The notes under the pieces: generated by a model
What the model was told of the DNA's origin: nothing
The model's database searches: none
What the model saw: only the letters and a program-made list of their open reading frames with translations
Translations under genes and position numbers: made by a program
Shown here: positions 44,630-54,648 of the stretch, piece by piece
Layout of the letters: every line of letters begins with the position of its first letter
How positions within the stretch are numbered: the stretch's first letter is position 1
Source of the DNA: an uncultured Gammaproteobacteria bacterium
GTDB lineage: Bacteria; Patescibacteriota; Patescibacteriia; Patescibacteriales; Patescibacteriaceae
NCBI GenBank assembly: GCA_964487795.1
Contig: CAZASI010000002.1
Coordinates: 180,349-244,348 of the forward strand
DNA: 64,000 nucleotides
Direction: 5' to 3'

Positions 44630-45667
44630 TTAAACACCGTATGAACCGATTCGGTTAATACCTTTAATGCCTTTATTGGCGCGTAAGTCTGCAATAGTTT
44701 TTTCAAGTCCTGATTCAAGGCTAACCAAAGGCATCCAACCAAGTTGATCGCGAGCCTTGCTCGTATCAGGTAATTTAAGCGGAGTCATAAATAACATCGG
44801 TTCGACATACACGACTTTTGATTTTGAATCGAGCATAGTGATTATCTTATTCGCCAAATCAGTAACGCTTACATCTTGATCTGACCCGACATTAATGGGA
44901 CCAAACAAATCCGATTGCATAAACTTGAAAATTGCATCAAGACAATCACTGATATAACAAAATGAAGAGGAGAAATTTCCATCTCCATAGATAACCAAAT
45001 CTTTGTTATCGAGCGCATTGCTGATAAAGTCCGGCAGCATATGACCCTGATCCAATGGCATGCGCGGACCGTAAGCGCGGAAAAGACGGATAATCTTAGC
45101 GTCAATCTTATAAACATCTTTGTATGTCTTAACCATACTCTCGGCAAAGCGTTTGCCTTCATCATACGAACAACGATCAGACAACATATCAACCGTACCG
45201 ACATTTTCCTCACTCACTAAACGATTACTCGAATCACGAGAACCATATACCACAGAAGAAGAAAACTGCATAAACTTTGCTTCATACTTTACTGCCAAAT
45301 CTAACGCATTCTTCACCGCATATGAGTTAGCGAGTAAATTTGATATTCTGTTTTTTTCAAAATGAATCGGCGCAGTAGGACAAGCAAGATTATATATCTC
45401 CTGCAAGCCTTGAAATTCTATTTTAAATGCTTGCAGCTCAGCAAAGGATTCCAAATCAATCGGCTCACTCATATCATGTTTAATAAAATGAAAATCCGGA
45501 TGCGCCAAAAGACGATCAATATTATTCTCATCACCCGAGGAGAAGTTATCGATACAGATTACTTTAGCGTTTTGAATAAGTTCTTCGCACATATGCGATC
45601 CAAGAAAACCGGCACCTCCAATTACCAACACGTTCTTTTTATCAAAAATTGCTCGTTTCATAGACAC
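44630..45667 (-). CDS. NAD-dependent SDR epimerase/dehydratase, UDP-glucuronate decarboxylase (UXS)-like
   Basis: VLVIGGAGFLGSHMCEEL (GxxGxxG), SYDEGKRFAE (YxxxK), 345 aa. Confidence 0.85.
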   Translation of the reverse strand: MSMKRAIFDKKNVLVIGGAGFLGSHMCEELIQNAKVICIDNFSSGDENNIDRLLAHPDFHFIKHDMSEPIDLESFAELQAFKIEFQGLQEIYNLACPTAPIHFEKNRISNLLANSYAVKNALDLAVKYEAKFMQFSSSVVYGSRDSSNRLVSEENVGTVDMLSDRCSYDEGKRFAESMVKTYKDVYKIDAKIIRLFRAYGPRMPLDQGHMLPDFISNALDNKDLVIYGDGNFSSSFCYISDCLDAIFKFMQSDLFGPINVGSDQDVSVTDLANKIITMLDSKSKVVYVEPMLFMTPLKLPDTSKARDQLGWMPLVSLESGLEKTIADLRANKGIKGINRIGSYGV

Positions 45668-45672
45668 GTTAG

Positions 45673-47901
45673 TTATTTAGTAAGAAACACTGAACCGCGG
45701 ACGCCGCCGCTATTTTGCGACTCATAAGCGTAAAATGAAGTTAGAAGCGAACCACTACGGTCAAAAACTCTGACATGCGGTCCTGCTCCAAGCCCCGGCA
45801 TACTAATGATATCGGTAAAACCGTCACGATTCAAATCTGAGGCAATAATTCGTGTATTTCCCTTAAAATTATCATTATACGGCTGGAAACGGAAACGTTG
45901 ATTTCCCCGGAAATCATATACTGCCACATATGAGGCTCCGGAGCGCGGGCTGAGAATTATTTCCGCTGCACGTTGTCGGGGGTTCCCATCCATGTCAGCT
46001 AAAGCCAGGTTTAATCCTCCTAAATAGTTCTTTGGAGCCGCCATAAAACTATTTAATAATTTTCCTGTGTTAGAAAATATTTTAACCTGAGGAGCGAAAT
46101 CCTTTGAAGGCACAACTACAATTTCTTGTCCGCCGCCTTCGATAATATCAGCTACAGCAATTTGAACGCCGGATTGAAAATTCTTCGGGAAAGCGTTAAA
46201 CGATCGAATTAATTTTCCATTCGCTTTATATATTTTAATAATAGATTCCATACCTGATGCAGGCGTAACAATAATCTCATCTTTTCCGTCGCCGTCAATA
46301 TCAGCTCCCGCTACAGTTGCTCCGCCTCTAAAACTTGCGGGCAATGCCAAAAAATGACCAAGCATCGCTCCTTTGTCATTAAAGATTCGAATATCAGCTT
46401 CACGACCCGAGGCAGGGGCGGTTATAATTTCTTCCGTACCGTCACCGTTTACATCAGCCCGAGTTACATTCACGCCGCCGTTAAATTCTATAGGATAAGC
46501 AAGAAAAGTTTTTTCGACATATCCGTTAAGGTCTGAAATTGTTACCCAGGGTTCAGTGTTTGAATCACTGACAAATGCAAAACGGGCACGACGAGTTTTA
46601 AGTTGCAGCGCGGCTTTTAGAACCGCTTGCGCAACATTCAAGCGTCCGCTACCTAATTGATTTACATAATCAGGGTTAAGAGCATTAATATTATCAGAAC
46701 TCGATAAGACAATATTTAATGCTTGATCGGGAGATAAACTCGGATTAGTTCCCTGGACCAGGGCAATCGCTCCGCTCACAAGAGGTACAGCCATCGAAGT
46801 ACCGGACCAATAGCCATCATAGTATTGATTGAAAAATTTTCCGGCCGAAGATTTATCTGGCGCATAAACGGTAGTGCTGTAAAAACCAATTCCCGGTGCC
46901 GCGATATCAATACAGTTGCTTCCATATCCCGAGAAAGCTGTTTTCTGGTCAAGGCCGTCAGTTGCCGCCACTCCAAGCACTAATTTCTTCCCAGCCGCAT
47001 CTCGGTAACAGGCGGGATAAATCGGGCGTCGATTTAAATCAATACCACTTGAGTTTTGCTGATCATTACCTGCCGGTGCTACAACAATAACTCCAGCGGC
47101 ACGAGCTTTAATAATTGATTTCTCCAAGGATTTACTCAAACCAAAGGTGGTAAAACTTAAATTGATTATATTCGCACCCTTAGCTGTTGCATAATCAACC
47201 GCCTTAACCACAGAAGCAATATCACCGTTACCTTTGTCATCAAGTGCCTTAAGAACCATAACATTACTTTTCCAGGTAACTCCGCTAATACCCTGACCGT
47301 TATTTCCAGCAGCCGCGGCAATGCCTGCAATGATTGTGCCATGAAGTACACCATTCTCAGTAAAACCGGCTTTAAATTTAGGGGAAGGGTCCGCTGTATT
47401 GTTTACAAAATCCCATCCGTTAATATCATCTACTAAACCATTTCTATCATCATCTTTTTTATTTCCGGCAATCTCTTGGCGATTGGTCCAAAGAACCGGA
47501 ACAATATCAGGATGAGTTATTTGCACTCCGGAATCAACAATCGCTATCGTAATTGTTGGGCTCGAACTATTAATATCCCATGCCTCGGGAGCGCTAATTC
47601 TTTTAAGATACCATTGGTTAGTATATGACTGATCGGATGGAATAGCCGACGCGCTAACAATATAATTTAATTCGGCATATTCAACAGTCTGCAATTTTTC
47701 ATATTGCTTGATCGCGTTTAAAGGACTTATATTTTTCTTTAATTTAATCAATCGAGGACCTAATTCATTTTTGTACTTTACAATAATCGAATCATTTCTG
47801 AATTCAGGAATAATTTCTTTTTCAAGAGCAAAAACAGGCAACGCCATTTCAAATGGGCTTAAAAATATAATTAATAATAATATAAAACAAAATTTTTTCA
47901 T
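45673..47901 (-). CDS. Secreted subtilisin-like S8 peptidase fused to C-terminal FG-GAP/VCBS repeats
   Basis: Signal peptide. Catalytic triad contexts VAIVDSGV, HGTIIAGIAAA, GTSMAVPLVSGA. C-terminal repeats such as DVNGDGTEEIITAP, DIDGDGKDEIIVTP and DLNRDGFTDIISMP. Confidence 0.85.
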   Translation of the reverse strand: MKKFCFILLLIIFLSPFEMALPVFALEKEIIPEFRNDSIIVKYKNELGPRLIKLKKNISPLNAIKQYEKLQTVEYAELNYIVSASAIPSDQSYTNQWYLKRISAPEAWDINSSSPTITIAIVDSGVQITHPDIVPVLWTNRQEIAGNKKDDDRNGLVDDINGWDFVNNTADPSPKFKAGFTENGVLHGTIIAGIAAAAGNNGQGISGVTWKSNVMVLKALDDKGNGDIASVVKAVDYATAKGANIINLSFTTFGLSKSLEKSIIKARAAGVIVVAPAGNDQQNSSGIDLNRRPIYPACYRDAAGKKLVLGVAATDGLDQKTAFSGYGSNCIDIAAPGIGFYSTTVYAPDKSSAGKFFNQYYDGYWSGTSMAVPLVSGAIALVQGTNPSLSPDQALNIVLSSSDNINALNPDYVNQLGSGRLNVAQAVLKAALQLKTRRARFAFVSDSNTEPWVTISDLNGYVEKTFLAYPIEFNGGVNVTRADVNGDGTEEIITAPASGREADIRIFNDKGAMLGHFLALPASFRGGATVAGADIDGDGKDEIIVTPASGMESIIKIYKANGKLIRSFNAFPKNFQSGVQIAVADIIEGGGQEIVVVPSKDFAPQVKIFSNTGKLLNSFMAAPKNYLGGLNLALADMDGNPRQRAAEIILSPRSGASYVAVYDFRGNQRFRFQPYNDNFKGNTRIIASDLNRDGFTDIISMPGLGAGPHVRVFDRSGSLLTSFYAYESQNSGGVRGSVFLTK

Positions 47902-49167
47902 CTAGGTAATATTTTCAAAAAGATCCAGCATCTGTCGCGCCCAAATAGCTGAATTAAATTGTTTAACTCGCGTCTCGCCGTTACTTACTAAAGACGAGCG
48001 CAACTGCTTGTCAGTCAGTAGTTTAAACATTTTATCAGCCATATCTTTCGGGTCTGTCGGATCGAAGAGTAGAGCGGCGTCCCCCGCAATTTCCGGAATA
48101 GAGGCGGCATTAGACGCAACGATTGGCGTTTGAGTAGCCATAGCCTGTAAAAGCGGTATACCAAATCCTTCATAGTTTGAAGGAAAAATAAACGCATCGG
48201 CACGACTGTAGATATGAGGCAAGTCTTGTTCTGCGACCCAGCCGGTTGTCTTGATCTCATTTTCTAATCTGAAACCATGAATTGAATATTTGATATCATC
48301 AAAGCCAAAACTGGCGTCACCGATCAAATATAGTTTATGGGGCAATTCGGGATGTTGAGTTTTTAAAAAGTACATCGCCTCAACCAAAGCTGCGATATTT
48401 TTCTTTTTTTCTAAACGACCAACATAAAATAAATATGGTTCACGCAGCCCGTACTTTGCCAATACTTCGACACCTCGCGGATCATTTTGCAAGGGACGAT
48501 ATAATTCATCGTTATAGCTATTATGTATAACGCAAATATTCTTACCATCGTTACCATACACTTCTATTAATTCCTTCTTAGTAAAAGCCGATATGGCAAT
48601 AATCGCCCGAGCTTTACGCAAAGCAAAAGATGTTGACCAATCGAGGTAATCAAAGCTATTGGCTCCATACTTGCCCGCGCTTATCACTCTTACTAGTGCA
48701 TTAATTACTCCTTGACGACGTTGTTTTTCAGCACCAATCTGAGTGCGTTCATACAATGCGCCCTCACGTCTAAAACCAATGTCATGAATAGTAACAACAG
48801 ATTTTCGCGGATGAAAGATTGGCAGTGCATGCGCCGGCACAAAAAGTAAGTCCGGAGCGTTAAAAAGCATTTCTAAAGAAAGTCGTCCCTGAGACCAAAA
48901 AAACTTCCAGGGCCATTTTAAAACTTTTGCTTTAAAATTGTTATGAGGACTCTTTAAAATCTGAAAACCATTTTTAAATTTCACTGACGTACTTTCTTCG
49001 CTATCGCGCAAATCCACCAATCCTCCGGTCAAAGGAGTATCGGTATATAAAATATATTCGTTGTGATCATCCAATTTTGCCAAAGCTCTGATTGCATAAT
49101 ACGAATACCATTCGGTTCCGCTCTTATGAGCTCGATTGGCGCGACTGGCGTCTATGCCGATAATCAT
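47902..49167 (-). CDS. Glycosyltransferase family 4
   Basis: MIIGIDASR...EGFGIPLLQAMATQTPIVASNAASIPE. Confidence 0.85.
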   Translation of the reverse strand: MIIGIDASRANRAHKSGTEWYSYYAIRALAKLDDHNEYILYTDTPLTGGLVDLRDSEESTSVKFKNGFQILKSPHNNFKAKVLKWPWKFFWSQGRLSLEMLFNAPDLLFVPAHALPIFHPRKSVVTIHDIGFRREGALYERTQIGAEKQRRQGVINALVRVISAGKYGANSFDYLDWSTSFALRKARAIIAISAFTKKELIEVYGNDGKNICVIHNSYNDELYRPLQNDPRGVEVLAKYGLREPYLFYVGRLEKKKNIAALVEAMYFLKTQHPELPHKLYLIGDASFGFDDIKYSIHGFRLENEIKTTGWVAEQDLPHIYSRADAFIFPSNYEGFGIPLLQAMATQTPIVASNAASIPEIAGDAALLFDPTDPKDMADKMFKLLTDKQLRSSLVSNGETRVKQFNSAIWARQMLDLFENIT

Positions 49168-49172
49168 GAAAT

Positions 49173-50180
49173 TTACTTAGTTGCGAAGATACTTCTCTTA
49201 TACGAATCAAGATTTTCCAAAGCAATACCTGTTCCCTTTGCAACGCAGAGTAACGCATCATCCGCCACATACGCCGGAACATCAGTCGTTCTATACAGGA
49301 GCTGATCAAGGTTGCGCAACAGAGACGATCCACCTGACAAAACCATTCCTTTATCCATAATGTCAGAAGATAACTCTGGCGGTGTATCTCGTAAAACATT
49401 TTTAGCAGCCGCAATAATTGCTTCAAGTTCGTTTTGAATTGCTTCGGTAACATCGTCTGATGAGACAATAATATTTCTTGGTAGACCGGTGATAATATCT
49501 CGACCGCGAATTTCCATTGTGAGTTTATCTTCAAGATACAAAGCTGAGCCAATACCAATTTTAATTTCTTCAGCGGTACGTTCGCCAATAACTAAGTTGT
49601 ATTTGCGACGAATATAATCAATAATCGATGAATCAAATTTTGTACCTCCAACTCGAACTGATGTTGAAGTAACAACTCCTCCCAATGAGATTACTGCCAT
49701 TTCCGCAGTACCTCCTCCAATATCAACAATCATATGTCCTGATGGTGAACCAATGGGAATATCAGCACCAATGGCCGCGGCAATCGGTTCTTTAATAATG
49801 TAGGCGGCTTTAGCACCCGCGGCAATCGTCGCGTCAATAACCGCGCGACGTTCAGTTGAGGTGATTCCTGCCGGAACCGCAACCATAACTTCCGGACGAA
49901 ACAAACGGACTCCGGCTAACGCTTTATTGATAAAATAACGAAGCATTGCTTCGGTAGTATGATAGTCAGCAATAACTCCGTCTTTCAAAGGTTTAATCGC
50001 AACAATATTACCCGGCGTTCTGCCGAGCATGTCTTTGGCCTCATTTCCTACGGCCAAAATCTTTTTGTCGCTCATTGAGATAGCAACGACCGACGGCTCA
50101 TTAATAACAATCCCGCGACGCGGGACATGTACGAGAGTATAGGTCGTTCCTAGGTCAATGCCTATTCGTTTGATAAACAT
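49173..50180 (-). CDS. mreB: Rod shape-determining protein MreB
   Basis: IGIDLGTTYTLV...PSGHMIVDIGGGTAE...VLSGGSSLLRNLD. The ATG lies 1 nt after the stop of the DUF4012 gene. Confidence 0.95.
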   Translation of the reverse strand: MFIKRIGIDLGTTYTLVHVPRRGIVINEPSVVAISMSDKKILAVGNEAKDMLGRTPGNIVAIKPLKDGVIADYHTTEAMLRYFINKALAGVRLFRPEVMVAVPAGITSTERRAVIDATIAAGAKAAYIIKEPIAAAIGADIPIGSPSGHMIVDIGGGTAEMAVISLGGVVTSTSVRVGGTKFDSSIIDYIRRKYNLVIGERTAEEIKIGIGSALYLEDKLTMEIRGRDIITGLPRNIIVSSDDVTEAIQNELEAIIAAAKNVLRDTPPELSSDIMDKGMVLSGGSSLLRNLDQLLYRTTDVPAYVADDALLCVAKGTGIALENLDSYKRSIFATK

Positions 50181-50181
50181 A

Positions 50182-52101
50182 CTAAAAATTAACAAAATAG
50201 CTTCGATCTATGAGCAAATCCCCGTCCGCCTTTAAACTACGGTGATTCGGGGCTTCTGAATAAAAGTTCGCTGGACTATAGGATTTTATCTCATTTATGA
50301 AGTTTAGGTCAACAGACAGTCGGCTCACTTGTTTACCCGGTTGTTTTTGAATCGTAAGACGATAATTACTATATTTTTTAAGATTTTGAACTATTGAATC
50401 CGGCAGTTCATATTCAAAGGTCATTGTGCCAATTTGACTTGGTTCTACTGAGATAAAAGCTCCAAACCACGTCTTGCCAAACTCTTCTCCGATATCAACC
50501 TTGCCCTGGCTAAAGCCTTCGGCTTTCAGAAGACGACTTCCGCCGGGAACATACACTCGAGTATAACTTCTATAGCGACTTGTTTTCCAATCAAATTGTC
50601 CGTTGTTGGAATAGCGCAAAGTTAACACAGCTTTAAATCCGCTTTCGGTTTCTTTTAACTGATACTGGATTTGACGATCCATGACAGCATCGGTTTTTAA
50701 CGCCGCCAAGTTAGCGTCAACCACCATAAGATAGTCTCCCCAATCTTGACGAACTTGTCCTCCCCAGCCATTTTCTACAATTAATTTTTGCAAAGACTGA
50801 TCGTTTGAATAGAGTAATATATTTTTTCGCGCAACATTATTCGAAACAAGTCTAATCATTTCCGGCCATTTTCCCAATGGCGTATCTAATAATTTTTGTT
50901 TTATAAGCTTCGCAATATCACCGATTACTTCTTTACGTTGCCATTCCGGCGTTCCCAACTGAATATATGATCTTTCAACTTTGTATTGCAAAAGATCTAC
51001 AAAATTTTCCGGAGTGTAGGTATCTTTAGCTATTGTCACTGGCCCGGTAAATTTCATCAAATCCGTAATCAATTCCGGAGTAATCGCAATCACGCCGTCA
51101 AAATCAGAAATTGGATCAGGTTTAACTTGCAGGGCATTTTCTTTTTTATAAAAATCTGAAACGGTTTGCGCCGTTGTCGGGAAATCCGGTGACCAGTTGG
51201 CATCTCTCATAAACCATTTTGAAACACCCAGATATTTTTTTAAAGGTTCAGGCGGCGTTACTGAAAACTTATCTTGAATCGGAATATCAAGATGATAAAT
51301 ATCGTGCGTTTCAAAACGTTCAAAATCTCCGTCTTTAGTTTGGATGATTCCATAGGTACCGATAAATCCTCCGGTTGGACGAAGTTCATCGCTGTTTTGC
51401 AAAAGAAGTAAAAAACGCGCAGTCTCAGGGTAACCGAGCAAAGGTGGCAAAAGCTGGGTTAAAGGAGAGGCGTCCTGAATTGTTTCCTGTCCTTCAGAAA
51501 TCTTTTCTTTTAATTCTTCCAAGCGAACACTTAAGGGACCAAACCAGGTAAAAGAGTTGATGCTTTTTAAATTGTCCAAACTTTCGTTTAAATTAGAATC
51601 TACAGAATTTAGTGTTGAACTTGAATTATAAATCGCCGCTAAAATTCTACGACGTTCTTCGGCCGGCAACTGAGAAAAAGTTACATTACTGTTTGCCTTG
51701 ATTACATCACCTAAATCAAAGGCATACGCGGTCGCATTTTCCATAGCTTCGGCCAATGATTGTCCGGCTTGTACTAAATGCTCTGCATCACTCTTATAAT
51801 TTTTCGCTAGCTTGATGTATCCTATCGGGCCGAGTCTAATTGCCTTTGTTTCATTTGAAGCAAACTTAAAATGTCCGACTGCGGTTACAGCTGATTCATG
51901 AGCGCTTTTAAAATCAGACGCTTGAGCCTCTGTTAAAGATTTTTCTAAATTATTCTTTCCTGCTTGAATATTTGAATAGACAGCCGCAACATTCTTTATA
52001 TTAAAGCCAACTAACATCAAAATAACGCCTAGGATCAACGCCCCGGCGATAAATAAGCTCCACAAGCACCTTGTAATAATTTTCATGGCCATAGTTGACA
52101 A
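50182..52101 (-). CDS. DUF4012 domain membrane-anchored protein (paralog of 32330-34624)
   Basis: LLLQNSDELRPTGGFIGTYGIIQ signature. N-terminal TM segment. Confidence 0.75.
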   Translation of the reverse strand: MSTMAMKIITRCLWSLFIAGALILGVILMLVGFNIKNVAAVYSNIQAGKNNLEKSLTEAQASDFKSAHESAVTAVGHFKFASNETKAIRLGPIGYIKLAKNYKSDAEHLVQAGQSLAEAMENATAYAFDLGDVIKANSNVTFSQLPAEERRRILAAIYNSSSTLNSVDSNLNESLDNLKSINSFTWFGPLSVRLEELKEKISEGQETIQDASPLTQLLPPLLGYPETARFLLLLQNSDELRPTGGFIGTYGIIQTKDGDFERFETHDIYHLDIPIQDKFSVTPPEPLKKYLGVSKWFMRDANWSPDFPTTAQTVSDFYKKENALQVKPDPISDFDGVIAITPELITDLMKFTGPVTIAKDTYTPENFVDLLQYKVERSYIQLGTPEWQRKEVIGDIAKLIKQKLLDTPLGKWPEMIRLVSNNVARKNILLYSNDQSLQKLIVENGWGGQVRQDWGDYLMVVDANLAALKTDAVMDRQIQYQLKETESGFKAVLTLRYSNNGQFDWKTSRYRSYTRVYVPGGSRLLKAEGFSQGKVDIGEEFGKTWFGAFISVEPSQIGTMTFEYELPDSIVQNLKKYSNYRLTIQKQPGKQVSRLSVDLNFINEIKSYSPANFYSEAPNHRSLKADGDLLIDRSYFVNF

Positions 52102-52131
52102 TTTCTTTATTATTGTAGCATATTTGTATGC

Positions 52132-53388
52132 TTATTCGCTGCGCAGCGCTTCAATCGGATCAAGTTTGGCTGCCGCGCGAGCCGGCGTAACGCCGAAAAT
52201 AATACCGAAAAATGCACTAAAAGACAAGGCGACAACAAATGCTTTAAGTGGCACGGCAAATGTCCACGAAAGACCCATGGTTTTCGCTATCACGCTGATA
52301 AGAAATGAAAATCCGGTTCCGAGCACACATCCGATAACACCGCCAACAACAGTTAGTAGTATTGATTCAATTAAAAATTGCCGCAAAATGTTTGACGAAC
52401 TTGCGCCGACTGCTTTTCGTAAACCAATTTCCATAGTTCTCTCGGTTACAGCGACATACATAACATTCATAATTCCAACTCCCCCGACAACCAAAGAAAT
52501 AATAACGATTGCCAAAAGCAAAAAAGTAATCGCACTAGTTACAGTATTTAAAATATCCATAGCTTCAGCCATTGATGTCACATTAAAATCTTCGCGTAGC
52601 GGATCGGTAATTTCATGTCTACGTCTTAGCGTATCACTTACTTCTTCGACGGTTGCTTCCGGTGAACTCGGATCTTTCATCTTTGAAATAAAGTAAGAAA
52701 TGTGATCAATGCCCATGACTTTTTTTTGCAAAGTCGTGACCGGCATATAGACGTAATCATCAAAATTAATAAACATTACGCTTCCTCGTTCAGCCATAAC
52801 TCCAATAACGGTAAAGGCGTTTCTACGCAAACGGATCGTTTTACCTACTGCGTCAGAGTCGCCAAACAGTTTTTCTTTAATACCTGATCCGAGCACCACT
52901 ACAGACGCCAGCGAGCGCTCTTCAGCTTCTGTATAAAAACGTCCTTCTTTTAAAGTTGATTTATCAATATCAAGGTATGTGCTGCTTAAACCGTAAATAA
53001 AGGCGTTACGTAATTCATTGCCGTAAGAAATTGCTTCCTGACTTAATACCGCACCATAACTTGTTTGAATGTTTGGTAAGCGATTTACAGCTTCCATATC
53101 ATCAAGCGTCAGGGTTGTAACCTGTACGCCGCCGACCATTGCCGTGCTTGATTTGCTATCAGACGCAGTCCCTGTTTGACTATTAGGCACTTTGATTTCG
53201 GTGTTGATAGTATCGGTACCAAAAGTTTCCAGTTGGCCGAATAATAAGCCTTTAATTCCCTCACCCGCAGAAAAAACAATGATAACGGTCATAATACCGA
53301 TAATCAAACCAAGCAAGGTTAAACCCGTGCGCATTTTATTGGCGCGCATGAGTTTAAGAGAATTGGTGATGGAATTAAAAATTGTCAT
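52132..53388 (-). CDS. ABC transporter permease, MacB/FtsX family
   Basis: MacB_PCD-like periplasmic domain between TM1 and TM2. C-terminal FtsX motif RTMEIGLRKAVGAS...PARAAAKLDPIEALRSE. Confidence 0.85.
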   Translation of the reverse strand: MTIFNSITNSLKLMRANKMRTGLTLLGLIIGIMTVIIVFSAGEGIKGLLFGQLETFGTDTINTEIKVPNSQTGTASDSKSSTAMVGGVQVTTLTLDDMEAVNRLPNIQTSYGAVLSQEAISYGNELRNAFIYGLSSTYLDIDKSTLKEGRFYTEAEERSLASVVVLGSGIKEKLFGDSDAVGKTIRLRRNAFTVIGVMAERGSVMFINFDDYVYMPVTTLQKKVMGIDHISYFISKMKDPSSPEATVEEVSDTLRRRHEITDPLREDFNVTSMAEAMDILNTVTSAITFLLLAIVIISLVVGGVGIMNVMYVAVTERTMEIGLRKAVGASSSNILRQFLIESILLTVVGGVIGCVLGTGFSFLISVIAKTMGLSWTFAVPLKAFVVALSFSAFFGIIFGVTPARAAAKLDPIEALRSE

Positions 53389-53389
53389 A

Positions 53390-54646
53390 TTATTCGTATC
53401 GCAAAGCTTCAATCGGATCTAACTTACTGGCTTTAGCAGCCGGGTATAAACCAAAAATTAAACCAACGGCAATTGAAACTGAAACTGCGACGATAATTGC
53501 CGTAAAGGAAAAACCAAAAGGCCAGTCATATCCCAATTGTTGCGCAATCAACGCAATAATAACCGCAATAATTTCACCGACGATTATACCGATAATTCCT
53601 CCGGAGAGTGTAATCGTTGCAGCTTCAGTTAAAAACTGCGCCATAATATCAAAGCGTCTAGCCCCAACCGCTTGGCGCAAACCTATTTCTCGCGTTCGTT
53701 CAACAACACGGATCAACATAATATTCATAATCCCGATACCGCCAACTAAAAGTGAAAGTGCGGCCATGGCAGCAAGAAAAAAACTAAGTCCGCCGGTTAC
53801 TGCAGTAAGCGTATCAATGGCGTCGCGAGAATTTTGAATCGTAAAGTCGTCGCTTTTGCCGCTTGAATCTTTAATCTCGTGACGTTCGCGCAAGGTTCTT
53901 GCAACATCTTCCATTGTTTGATCAATATTCTCTCCATAATCAACTTTCACGCGTAAAAACCCAAGATGATTCACTCCTAATATAAGTTTTTGTAGTGAGG
54001 TGATTGGTAGAATAATTTGATCATCATAATTTTGAAATGCAACTGTCCCCCGCTCTTGCATTACTCCGATGACGGTTAACGCGGTATTTTTTAAACGAAC
54101 AGTTTGACCGATTGGATCATTTTGACCAAATAATTCGTTTTTAACCGTCGAACCCAAAACCACAACTCGCGCCGTCGCATCAACTTCATCGCTACTAAAA
54201 AATCTACCTGATTCAAGTTCACCACCTTCGACTTCAATATAATCAGCACTTGTTCCGAAAAATGTCGTATCGTAACTTTGACTTCGCCAACTGGCTGCGC
54301 CTGCTCCTTGACTGACAGGCTCAATCGCAACAGCGTGCGGAACATTATTCTTTTGACCTAAGGCAATAGCATCGTCTAAAGTCAAAGTTGTAATCGTAAC
54401 GCCAAACACCGCAGCCGGCGGACCATTATCTTCAGACTTGCCCGGCAAAACACCAACTAAATTTGATCCAAAACTTTCAAATTGCGACAAAATCAAAGAT
54501 TGAGCCCCTGAACCAATCGCCATGATAATAATAACTGCCGCGACACCGATAATAATACCGAGCATGGTTAAAAAACTACGACGACGTGCCGCATTAAGAG
54601 CGCGAAAAGCTCCCGAAATAAGGTTGTAATAATAATCTTTTCTCAT
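53390..54646 (-). CDS. ABC transporter permease, MacB/FtsX family (paralog of 52132-53388)
   Basis: RTREIGLRQAVGAR...PAAKASKLDPIEALRYE. Same architecture as its neighbour. Confidence 0.85.
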   Translation of the reverse strand: MRKDYYYNLISGAFRALNAARRRSFLTMLGIIIGVAAVIIIMAIGSGAQSLILSQFESFGSNLVGVLPGKSEDNGPPAAVFGVTITTLTLDDAIALGQKNNVPHAVAIEPVSQGAGAASWRSQSYDTTFFGTSADYIEVEGGELESGRFFSSDEVDATARVVVLGSTVKNELFGQNDPIGQTVRLKNTALTVIGVMQERGTVAFQNYDDQIILPITSLQKLILGVNHLGFLRVKVDYGENIDQTMEDVARTLRERHEIKDSSGKSDDFTIQNSRDAIDTLTAVTGGLSFFLAAMAALSLLVGGIGIMNIMLIRVVERTREIGLRQAVGARRFDIMAQFLTEAATITLSGGIIGIIVGEIIAVIIALIAQQLGYDWPFGFSFTAIIVAVSVSIAVGLIFGLYPAAKASKLDPIEALRYE

Positions 54647-54648
54647 TG

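Noticed and set aside
49124-49588. 154-aa minus-strand ORF overlapping mreB in another frame
   Set aside because: The mreB frame is unambiguous. The alternative frame has no RBS and no recognisable motif.
52085-53837. Plus-strand ORFs of 203 aa and 151 aa (52085-52696 and 53382-53837)
   Set aside because: They are antisense shadows of the two FtsX/MacB permease genes. They have no start signals, and their composition mirrors the sense-strand codons.
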